32,000 nucleotides of DNA from an uncultured Chloroflexia bacterium (GCA_963718915.1 CAVRAI010000001.1:210001-242000), one strand, 5' to 3'; counted from the stretch's first letter, positions 16,454-24,227 are shown. The notes: generated from the sequence alone by a model not told the origin. Numbers and translations: made by a program.

Positions 16454-16660
16454 TCACATCGGGTAAAATGGCAAGCCGGGAAGAAACTGGTCGGGCTGAT
16501 ACGGTTCAGGCAGGAAAATGCGCACGGTTATCAGCCCGGGGACATCGGTGGATAGCATCTCCACGCGACCGCCGATACGCTCGATATCCGGGCGAACAGC
16601 CCGAACGCGCGCCAGACTGGCGGGCAGAGTGAGTTGCGCCTGATAGGCATAGAGGCGCAT
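16454..16660 (-). CDS. Small hypothetical protein (68 aa)
   Basis: The ATG at 16660 is preceded by a strong AAGGAGG (reverse complement of 16670-16676). It is on the same strand as, and upstream of, the methyltransferase gene. No family recognised. Confidence 0.5.
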   Translation of the reverse strand: MRLYAYQAQLTLPASLARVRAVRPDIERIGGRVEMLSTDVPGLITVRIFLPEPYQPDQFLPGLPFYPM

Positions 16661-16760
16661 GATCTCGTTTTCCTCCTTGCATCCTTCTCCTTCATGGGGG
16701 GATACATCGGTCTGGAAACAACTCCTTTTATCGTGTGGTTGATTTTAGCACAGCCCCGCC

Positions 16761-16815
16761 CACGAGGCAACCACGAGGCAACCACGAGGCAACCACGAGG
16801 CAACCACGAGGCAAC
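16761..16815. repeat. Tandem repeat (cacgaggcaac) x5
   Basis: Five perfect 11-bp units at 16761-16815, in the divergent intergenic region between the 68-aa ORF (minus) and the cupin gene (plus). Confidence 0.9.
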
Positions 16816-16920
16816 GGGGAAATTCCTGAGTGGCTCGTCCGTCCTGGAAAACGATGTATCGCTCTCTATGAAGCATAGCAGGGAGAATCAATGCGAACGA
16901 GCGGAATGGTAGGCCTACGG

Positions 16921-16947
16921 ATGCATGCGATGCATGCGATGCATGCG
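16921..16947. repeat. Tandem repeat (atgcatgcg) x3
   Basis: Three perfect 9-bp units at 16921-16947, 30 bp upstream of the cupin GTG start. Each unit is alternating purine-pyrimidine and contains overlapping ATGCAT and GCATGC palindromes. Confidence 0.9.
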
Positions 16948-16977
16948 ATACGATAAGGACTCTGAAAGGAGGGTGAC

Positions 16978-17358
16978 GTGCGACTCTACAGCTTTGGCGC
17001 GGCGCGTGGGCGACCGATTACTGAGTTTGGCAGCGTGCGCGTGACGATCAACGGCATTGTCTACGTGCTGGAGGGCGACGTACAAGTCGGGTGTATGCGT
17101 CTCGCGCCGGGCGGACGTGTGGGCGCGCATCAGGCGACGACACGCCAGCTCTTTCTGGTGATGTCTGGCGAGGGATGGGTGCGCGGGCCAGAATCCGAGC
17201 GCACGCCCATTACAACCGGTCAGGCGGCCTTCTGGGAGACCGACGAGGAACACGAGTCGGGCAGCAAAACAGGCATGGTGGCGCTGGTGATCGAAGGCGA
17301 TTCACTTGACCCCGACCAGTTCCTCCATCTGCTCAGTGACCATAACAATCGAGAATGA
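16978..17358 (+). CDS. Cupin domain protein
   Basis: 126 aa. The GTG start follows AAGGAGGGTGAC. LAPGGRVGAHQATTRQLFLVMSGEGWV...AAFWETDEEHESG fits the two cupin motifs. Confidence 0.75.
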   Translation: MRLYSFGAARGRPITEFGSVRVTINGIVYVLEGDVQVGCMRLAPGGRVGAHQATTRQLFLVMSGEGWVRGPESERTPITTGQAAFWETDEEHESGSKTGMVALVIEGDSLDPDQFLHLLSDHNNRE

Positions 17359-17405
17359 GCGCTTCACGATTCATACCAATTTCGTTTGGATTGTTGTCCT
17401 TCGGG

Positions 17406-17457
17406 GGCAGGCCGTAGCGTAAACGCTACGGCGAATTTCTCCGCCCATTCGCCGGGG
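17406..17457 (+). repeat. Second dispersed repeat family, copy C1 (hairpin gccgtagcg-taaa-cgctacggc)
   Basis: ggcaggccgtagcgtaaacgctacggcgaatttctccgcc..cattcgccgggg aligns with 21813-21878. That copy carries an extra 18 nt. Confidence 0.75.
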
Positions 17458-17519
17458 CCTTCAGGCTACGGCGCGCTCGCTAACGACAACAACTTAGCCG
17501 GATTTAGTATCATCTGGCT

Positions 17520-17542
17520 CCCCTCTCCCACTGGGAGAGGGG
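17520..17542. terminator. G/C hairpin between convergent genes, likely a bidirectional terminator
   Basis: cccctctcc (17520-17528) pairs with ggagagggg (17534-17542). It lies between the cupin stop (17358) and the lipoprotein stop (17572). No clear U-tract. Confidence 0.45.
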
Positions 17543-17571
17543 CTGGGGGGTGCAGCCTGGGGTGAGGTCAG

Positions 17572-18819
17572 CTAGCTTCCGATGGTGTACCAGGGATTCG
17601 CGCCACCTGTTGCGCCGATGCTCCCCGCGCCAACACCGAGGCTGAAATGCTCCATGTTCCCGGTTGTGGGCGGGAAAACATCGTCGAGGTCTTTGGTGCT
17701 CGCCCAGAAGGTCGCGTTATCGGTCTTCCACACTGGATAGCTGCGGCCATCGGGCGTGTAGAAATGCAGGTTGGGATCACCAGAGAGGCCCGCCGAGGTG
17801 ACGCTCGCCGTGAAGACGCTGGGGGCTGGCTCCGCGCGCGCCACCGCGACCAGATGCCCATTCGGCGAGATTTGCATCTTGACCATCGATGCGGCTGTCG
17901 CGACGGTGGCGATTCGCGACGCGCCACTGCCGTCGGAGTTGGCATAGAAGAATCGTGAACTGGCCACACCCTCCTCGTCGCCACTCGTACCAGAGGCCGG
18001 CGCGGTCTTCTGGTAGACGATATGCGAGCTGTCCGGGGAAACGTCGAATCCAGGGGTTAGGGCGTCGTTCCGCGAACAGACACAGGGATTGGTCGTCCCC
18101 ATATTGACTGAGCCAGCCAGCACGGTGTGGCTGGTCATATTGAAGCGTTTGAGTGTGTAGCCGCTGCCTGAGCCAACGGTGAAGAAGAGCGTGTCGCCGC
18201 GCAGCACAGCATCATCCGTAAACGATGCGGTCAGCGTGCCAAGCACACTCGCGGCCCCGCCCACGACATACTGGTGGAGCTTCTGGCCGTCGATCCACCA
18301 GATGGTCGAGCTATCGATCCATCCCGCCTCGCGCAGTGAGAGTCTGATGTCGGCGGAAGGAACCGCGGTAGTCGAGCCGGTCGTCGCGTTGATCACGAAG
18401 AGCGGGCCGGTCTCTGGCCCGTCGGTGCAATCGGCGCTCCCCCACGCGGCGACGAGCTTGCTCAGGTTGGGCGAGAAGACCGGCGGACTCCAGTGTTCAT
18501 CGCGCGCGCAGTCCGCGCCGGACGCCGACATATGTGTCACCTGATGCGCCGCGCCGCCGTTGACGCTCGCCCAGATCTGGCCCACGTTGTGGCTATCCAT
18601 CTGGAACCAGGCCAGCGCATGCGGCGGGGGTGGTGGCGTCGGTGTGGCCGTGGCCCCGACGGACACCGGCGAGCCACCAGTTACCGTCGCTCCCGCCCCC
18701 TCGCCCGGAGTAGAGCTTGACGAGCCAGTGGCGCCTGGCAGACTGCACCCAAAGAGCACGATGATACAGGCAAGCAACGCACAGATGACTGTTGGCCACG
18801 ATTTCCGGTGGGATCGCAT
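17572..18819 (-). CDS. Lipoprotein with TolB/PD40-like beta-propeller repeats
   Basis: The start is placed at ATG 18819, after AGGAGGAG. Signal peptide MRSHRKSWPTVICALLACIIVLFGCS (lipobox LFGC). A Ser/Thr/Pro linker follows. Repeated motifs are FSPNLSKLVAAW, VSPDSSHIVYQK and ISPNGHLVAVAR. Confidence 0.75.
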   Translation of the reverse strand: MRSHRKSWPTVICALLACIIVLFGCSLPGATGSSSSTPGEGAGATVTGGSPVSVGATATPTPPPPPHALAWFQMDSHNVGQIWASVNGGAAHQVTHMSASGADCARDEHWSPPVFSPNLSKLVAAWGSADCTDGPETGPLFVINATTGSTTAVPSADIRLSLREAGWIDSSTIWWIDGQKLHQYVVGGAASVLGTLTASFTDDAVLRGDTLFFTVGSGSGYTLKRFNMTSHTVLAGSVNMGTTNPCVCSRNDALTPGFDVSPDSSHIVYQKTAPASGTSGDEEGVASSRFFYANSDGSGASRIATVATAASMVKMQISPNGHLVAVARAEPAPSVFTASVTSAGLSGDPNLHFYTPDGRSYPVWKTDNATFWASTKDLDDVFPPTTGNMEHFSLGVGAGSIGATGGANPWYTIGS

Positions 18820-19116
18820 ACCATTCTCCTCCTGCCAGCGGCAGAAATACGCACCCACCGCGCCCAGAACAATGAGATGAGAGCAAGGTTAGACGGAGAT
18901 GTGAGGTGCGTTGAAAGGAGTGTAGAGGATGCTTACTACAGATGCTATGATTGCCTTCACATAAGGTGCAAACTGTCGTGCTTGCACGCCTGAGATGCGC
19001 GCACGATAATTGCGCCATGTTCATCAAGAGATGTCCCCCTGTCACACTTGACCCTGGTCGCGCGATAGCATGATGTGGCTGACGATGATGTGGCGAGCAA
19101 TCCGCAAGGGGGGTAT

Positions 19117-19755
19117 ATGGGCTCACTCATTCCCTCATCGCGCTCTGCCAAAGCACGGTTCGCGCGGATGGTCGAACAGACCCAGGCGCAGTTGTATGTG
19201 TTTGTGCGCGGATTCATCGGCGATGATGAAGAGGCGCGGGATGTCGTGCAGGATACATACGTGAGCGCATGGAAAGCCGCACATCGTGGGACAGCGCCTT
19301 TTGCGCCCGATAGTGACGATAGTGACGATAGTGACGATAACGAGGCGCGCAAATGGCTCTTTCACGCGGCCTATTGTAGGGCGGTCTCCAACCTGCGCCA
19401 TCGCGGCGTGATCGCCTGGGAATCGCTGGACGCGACACTCTCGCCACAATCCGCGGAGCAGAGCGAATCACCGTTCGAGAATCGCATCGTCGACGCGGAG
19501 GTCGTGCGCGCCGCATTTGCTGAACTGGAATCCGCCGATGCCGTGTGTCTCATGCTGAGTGTCGTACAGGGCTTCACCTCCGTCGAGATTGCTCAGATAT
19601 TTGGCATTACTCCCGAGGCCGCCCGCAAACGGCTTTCGCGTGCGATGCAACGTCTGCGCGCCGCCTATTTCGCGCAAGATTCCGCGACTTCCGCGTCAGT
19701 CCCATCCCAGCTTGCGCGCCCGGTCGCCACCAGTGAGGAGGAGCTGCGCTCATGA
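19117..19755 (+). CDS. ECF-type sigma-70 family RNA polymerase sigma factor
   Basis: Region 2 is LYVFVRGFIGDDEEARDVVQDTYVSAWKAA. Region 4 is LMLSVVQGFTSVEIAQIFGITPEAARKRLSRAMQRLR. The alternative GTG start at 19075 is not excluded. The gene contains an acidic insert, DSDDSDDSDDNE. Confidence 0.85.
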   Translation: MGSLIPSSRSAKARFARMVEQTQAQLYVFVRGFIGDDEEARDVVQDTYVSAWKAAHRGTAPFAPDSDDSDDSDDNEARKWLFHAAYCRAVSNLRHRGVIAWESLDATLSPQSAEQSESPFENRIVDAEVVRAAFAELESADAVCLMLSVVQGFTSVEIAQIFGITPEAARKRLSRAMQRLRAAYFAQDSATSASVPSQLARPVATSEEELRS

Positions 19756-21188
19756 ATGGACATTTTCTGAACTCACACGCTGCTCCTGATCCTGTGTGCG
19801 ACGAACTTGAGGACATCCTGGCGCTGCTACCGCTGGGCGAGTTGAGCGCCGACGAAGAGGCGCCCGCGCGGGCGCACGCCGCCACCTGCGCCCGTTGCCA
19901 GCGGCGGCTCGCGGAATACAATCTGGTCTATACATCGTTACGCTATTCGCCGCCGACGTCTGTGATCTCGCGTCCGCTGTTCAACGTAGACGACATCATT
20001 CTCAGCGCTGCGCTAAGCGATGATGAGCATGAGGATGCAACCAGCGACACGTCCAGTGTGGCGACGCGCATCACAACCATGCCTTTCACCTACCGGCTCT
20101 CGCGACGGTCTACCGTGCTCTCCGGTATGGGCGCGCTCGCGGCCATGTTGCTCCTGACGCTGCTAGCCAGCACGCTATTCCATCTGCGCGGCGCTCCCAA
20201 CTCGACGACGAGGATAGTAAACGGTGGAGGCACGTGGACAGAGTACACCCTACCCTCGTCTGGGAAGCTGCCAGGGCATATCGTTACAGGCCCAGATGGA
20301 AACATCTGGTTTACCGAAACGGGGTCAATTGGACGCATCACTCCTGATGGCGTGGTGACCCAGTTTCCGTTACCAATACCCGCGGATGCCGTTTCCACCA
20401 TGCTCACCCGTGGACCGGGCAAGTCGCTATTAGTGATCGTCGACAATCAGATCCTCCGTGTCAGTATGACTGGTACGGTCACGCGAGTGCCGCTGCCAGC
20501 CAGCTATGGCCTCCCGATCGGATCTGTTCTGACAACGTCTGATGGAACCATCTGGTTCGCTGTGCCGAGTAACGAAGTTGTCCCAGCCAGTTCAACCAAT
20601 CACCCAATGATTGGGCGCATCAGTCCACTGGGTAGCCTAACTACCTACGACACGAGTCGAAGTCTCCTGGGCAATCAGATTGGAATCATCGCAGCGCTGC
20701 CTGATGGTAGTCTCTGGATTTACACAGAGTCAGCGCTTGGGCGTATAAGCCCGGACGGCAAAATCACGGCATATGACGCTTCCAGTCTGAATGGGTTGGC
20801 CTCCTCCGCGACGGTCGACGCCGATGGCAATTTATGGATGGTTGGTGGTTTCTTAACTGGTGGTATGGACAATTGTCCCAACGGGGGTGAGTACCCCGGT
20901 GGCAAGGTCGTGCGCATTGCGCCGAACGGCACGACCAAAGTCTGGCCATTCTCGGCGAGCCTGGGATGTCGGGACGGCGGCAACCTCTTCACCATTATGG
21001 GGCGAGATGGTACTCTCTGGACGGCAGGTATCGGTGTCATTCTCCGTACCACACTGGATGGGACGGTGACGGCGTTCCAGATGCCGAGCGATTTCAGCGT
21101 GAACGATATGACTGTCGACGCGCACAACAATCTCTGGGTGACCGAGACCGGCACGAACAAGATTGGTCGCATTCAACTCAAACCATAG
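19752..21188 (+). CDS. Anti-sigma factor (zf-HC2-like, single TM) with an extracytoplasmic Vgb/streptogramin-lyase-like 7-bladed beta-propeller
   Basis: ATGA overlap with the sigma gene stop. N-terminal HxxxCxxC (AHAATCARC). TM segment VLSGMGALAAMLLLTLLASTLF. Seven repeats of the type GPDGNIWFTETGSIGRITPDGVVTQFPLP, ending DAHNNLWVTETGTNKIGRIQL. Confidence 0.8.
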   Translation: MNGHFLNSHAAPDPVCDELEDILALLPLGELSADEEAPARAHAATCARCQRRLAEYNLVYTSLRYSPPTSVISRPLFNVDDIILSAALSDDEHEDATSDTSSVATRITTMPFTYRLSRRSTVLSGMGALAAMLLLTLLASTLFHLRGAPNSTTRIVNGGGTWTEYTLPSSGKLPGHIVTGPDGNIWFTETGSIGRITPDGVVTQFPLPIPADAVSTMLTRGPGKSLLVIVDNQILRVSMTGTVTRVPLPASYGLPIGSVLTTSDGTIWFAVPSNEVVPASSTNHPMIGRISPLGSLTTYDTSRSLLGNQIGIIAALPDGSLWIYTESALGRISPDGKITAYDASSLNGLASSATVDADGNLWMVGGFLTGGMDNCPNGGEYPGGKVVRIAPNGTTKVWPFSASLGCRDGGNLFTIMGRDGTLWTAGIGVILRTTLDGTVTAFQMPSDFSVNDMTVDAHNNLWVTETGTNKIGRIQLKP

Positions 21189-21450
21189 CGGCACATAGGC
21201 GCAGAGCGGGCTACTGGCCTCAGCCCGCATACCCTTTCCATCCCAGACAAACAGGCTCGACGCCACACTTTTGATCGAGTTGCGGGCCGCCTTGCGCCTA
21301 AATCACCGAAGGCAGATTCACCCCAGACACAGGAGGGCATGCCGTAGGTGTGCCCAAAAGAAAGAGAGGTCACTTGCCAGCAGATAGCTACGTCGCTTGT
21401 ATTTATCAGCTTTGGTTTGCGTGAGAGGCATCTCTGAGGGGAGAAAGATT

Positions 21451-21732
21451 GTGAAGAAGCTGAAGACCATCACATCGCTCGCGACGACCGGCGCGTTTCT
21501 TTTGCTCATGGTGAGCGGACTAGCCGCCTGCGGACAATCGGCGCAGAAGGGTGTCGCCTCGGCGCCGCAACACAGCGCATCCAGCGGCGGCGACGAACTC
21601 CAGCGCGCGAAGTCTCATATCATCACTACGTCAGCGAGTGATGAGCTACAACGGGCTGAGGCTCGTGTTGGCGCCACGCCAGAAAGTGACGAACTCCAGC
21701 GGGCAAAGGCGCGTATCGGCGTCGGCTCTTGA
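21451..21732 (+). CDS. Small lipoprotein (93 aa) with three DELQRA(K/E)A repeats
   Basis: The GTG at 21451 follows GAGGGGAG. Signal peptide VKKLKTITSLATTGAFLLLMVSGLAACG (lipobox LAAC). The repeats are GDELQRAKS, SDELQRAEA and SDELQRAKA. Confidence 0.55.
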   Translation: MKKLKTITSLATTGAFLLLMVSGLAACGQSAQKGVASAPQHSASSGGDELQRAKSHIITTSASDELQRAEARVGATPESDELQRAKARIGVGS

Positions 21733-21812
21733 GTGACGCCAGTTGCAAGTGAGTGAAGCGCTTGGCGCGTAATGGACTTTTTCCTCCGAACATCACGCGC
21801 AGTGGCGATGGA

Positions 21813-21878
21813 GGCAAGCCGTAGCGTAAACGCTCCGGCGAATTTCCCCGCCGTTCGCGCTCTGGCCCATTCGCCGGA
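21813..21878 (+). repeat. Second dispersed repeat family, copy C2
   Basis: ggcaagccgtagcgtaaacgctccggcgaatttccccgcc[18-nt insert]cattcgccggag aligns with 17406-17457. Confidence 0.75.
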
Positions 21879-21926
21879 GCTTTATGCAGTTTTCTTTTTT
21901 ACGAGGGACATCGCTGCGGCAGCGCG

Positions 21927-22126
21927 GGCGGTTGAAACCGCGCCTGAAGGGCCTCGCTCCACTCCGCCACGAAACCTGCCTGCGCAGGTTGCAGAGACCC
22001 CCCCAGCGCTGTCCCTTCTATTTTGGAAAACTGCACCAAGCTCCGGCATGGTCAGACGCGCTCTGCAGTCCGCGCAGGCGGACTTTGCGGCGCAGCCCTT
22101 AGACGCGGCTTCAGCCGCCAGTCAGC
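21927..22126 (+). repeat. Dispersed multi-hairpin repeat, copy B
   Basis: See copy A (15150-15371). Hairpins: gcggtt/aaccgc, aacctgc/gcaggtt, agtccgc/gcggact. Confidence 0.8.
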
Positions 22127-22219
22127 ATTGTTGGAATCTACCCCCATGGCCCATATACAGTGTACGTGGGCCATTCTGGCGTTCATGGGCGTTCAGCTTG
22201 TAGTTCGAGGAGTTGTGTC

Positions 22220-22759
22220 GTGATCAGCTTCATTGTGGACGACGTGCAATTCAACTTTCGCGCAGCGGCGGTTATCATTGATGACGGCTATGTGCTGTTG
22301 CATCGAGCGTCATACGAACCCTTCTGGGCGCTGCCAGGTGGTCGTGTGGAGGCAAGCGAGCCCTCGGCGGTGACGGTGGCCCGCGAACTGACTGAGGAGC
22401 TTGGGCCAGCGTGTGATGCGCAGGTGGGGCGGCTACTCTGGGTCGTCGAAAATTTCTATGGCGATGAGGATGCGCCATTCCACGAACTGGGCATGTACTA
22501 TCTTGTCACGCTCGGCGCCGCCAGCGCCTATCTCGCCAAGGATCGCGCCTACGATGGGATCGAAGATGCTCTGCCTCAGCACGAGAACGAGTATATACGG
22601 CTGATATTTCAGTGGTTCCCGCTGGACGCGCTGGCAGACTTGCCGCTCTATCCCACCTTCCTGCGCGAGCGGCTGGCCGCCTTACCCGCGACAACCGAAC
22701 TGGTGGTGCATACCGATCCACCGTTTGATGAGGCGGAGATTACTCTTCCTGAGTCGTGA
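22220..22759 (+). CDS. Nudix hydrolase
   Basis: Nudix box GGRVEASEPSAVTVARELTEELG. The GTG at 22220 follows GAGGAG (22207-22212). Confidence 0.8.
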   Translation: MISFIVDDVQFNFRAAAVIIDDGYVLLHRASYEPFWALPGGRVEASEPSAVTVARELTEELGPACDAQVGRLLWVVENFYGDEDAPFHELGMYYLVTLGAASAYLAKDRAYDGIEDALPQHENEYIRLIFQWFPLDALADLPLYPTFLRERLAALPATTELVVHTDPPFDEAEITLPES

Positions 22760-23810
22760 CCATCTGTAGCACGTAGGCGATTAGCTGCCGCTCCGCCTGG
22801 TCTATTCCGGCATCCACCGTGCAGCCTGACGCGCGCACGTGGCCGCCGCCGCCGAAATGCGCGCAGATCTTCGATGCGTCCCACGGCCCAGTTGTCCGCA
22901 CGCTCGCGCGCGTCTTGCCGTCGTCGCCCTCGCGCAGCAGGATAGCGATCTCAACGCCCTCAGTATCCAGCAGATAGCTTGGCAGGCCATCGTCCATGTC
23001 GGGGGTCGCGCCCGCCTCCTTGATATCGCGCTGGCGCAGGGTCGCCCAGATGACGCGCCCATCCGCCTCGCGCCCCACCGACGCCAGCACGCGCCCCCAC
23101 AGTTTCATCTTCGGGAACGGCTTCAAGCGATACATCGGCTTGATGATCGCCTCGGGTACTGCGCCGCGGCCCACCAGATAAGCGCCCGCCGTCAGCGTGC
23201 GCTCGGTGGTGGCGTCGAACTCGAACGAGCGCGTATCGGTGATGATGCCCGCCAGCAGGCACTGCGCGGTATCCTGGTTGATGGCGGCGTCACGATTCAG
23301 CAGCAGGAGCGTCAGTAACTCGGCGGTCGCGGCGGAGGCGGGATCGATGATATTGACAATGCCGCAGCCAGTCGAGGTGGCGTGGTGATCGATGTTGACG
23401 ATGCGCGCGCCATCGAAAAACGCTTTGTGACGCTCGTAGAGCGCGCCATAGCGCGAGAGATCACCCGCGTCGAGCGCGATGACCAGGTCGAAGTCTTCGG
23501 CGGGTAGCTCGGCGACGACACGCTCGCGCCCCGGTAGGAAGGTGAAGTTGGCTGGAACCGGGTCGGCGCACGCGACGACACACTGCTTGCCGTAAGCCTC
23601 CAGCGCGAATGCCAGCCCCAGCGCCGAGCCAAGCGCGTCGGGGTCGGGGTTGTGGTGCGCAATGAGCAGGATGCGGCGCGCCTCCATCATCAGGCGCCAT
23701 GCCGCCTCGGCAAGCTCATTGGCGATGCCCGCCGCTAGAATGGCCGCCAGCGCCTGCTGTCCGCTCGTTTCGTTCGTTGCCGCTGAGTCTTCCGACACCG
23801 CCACGCGCAT
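22740..23810 (-). CDS. nrnA: DHH/DHHA1 phosphoesterase (bifunctional oligoribonuclease / pAp phosphatase NrnA type)
   Basis: Motifs LLIAHHNPDPDALGS, LVIALDAGD, NIDHHATS and GGGGHVRASG. The 3' end overlaps the convergent Nudix gene by 20 nt. Confidence 0.85.
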   Translation of the reverse strand: MRVAVSEDSAATNETSGQQALAAILAAGIANELAEAAWRLMMEARRILLIAHHNPDPDALGSALGLAFALEAYGKQCVVACADPVPANFTFLPGRERVVAELPAEDFDLVIALDAGDLSRYGALYERHKAFFDGARIVNIDHHATSTGCGIVNIIDPASAATAELLTLLLLNRDAAINQDTAQCLLAGIITDTRSFEFDATTERTLTAGAYLVGRGAVPEAIIKPMYRLKPFPKMKLWGRVLASVGREADGRVIWATLRQRDIKEAGATPDMDDGLPSYLLDTEGVEIAILLREGDDGKTRASVRTTGPWDASKICAHFGGGGHVRASGCTVDAGIDQAERQLIAYVLQMVTTQEE

Positions 23811-24227
23811 CTCTCCTTCACCCGAAGCCCTATCGCCAGTCGTCAGGATTTATCCCAACATATATCAGGTAGTATACGAGGCAAATCCTCGTTATGCTCT
23901 CGTTGGCCTGTCCACAACCATATCACAGAAGCCCTCGATGAACGGCGGCATGGCCCGCACCTGCCAGTGCAAGCGCCAATATCTCCCGCTCCTCCAACAT
24001 GGGGGAGGCTGCGGCGCAAAATGGGGGCAAACCCCGATGAAGGCAGCATGCCAGGGTAGGTATGCTGCTGATATCTGGAGTGATCCAATCAAGCGCGCGG
24101 AAGTGAGAGCCAGCGCGCCATGTATCCAGATGTCGATAGATGAGCCGACAAGACCGCACGGAATTCCCGTCGATCACCGGCTCTGTTCGATCTTCATTTT
24201 TTACGAAGGAGCAAAGGAGGTAGCCGC

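Noticed and set aside
15404-16555. 383-aa ORF on the plus strand
   Set aside because: It is antisense to the SAM methyltransferase. It runs straight through the (cacagcacaga)x6 array, giving HSTDTAQTQHR repeats, and is therefore an artefact.
16352-16815. Tandem arrays considered as a CRISPR array
   Set aside because: The units are 11 bp and directly abutting, with no spacers. No cas genes are present.
22740-22759. 20-nt convergent overlap of the Nudix and nrnA 3' ends as a regulatory feature
   Set aside because: Short 3' overlaps are common in compact high-GC genomes. Nothing else in the sequence supports a special role.
24015-24070. c-di-GMP-I (GEMM-I) riboswitch, prompted by GGCAAACC and GGTAGGTA strings
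   Set aside because: The second conserved element (ACGCAAAGCC) and the paired P1/P2 architecture are absent. The resemblance is limited to two short strings.
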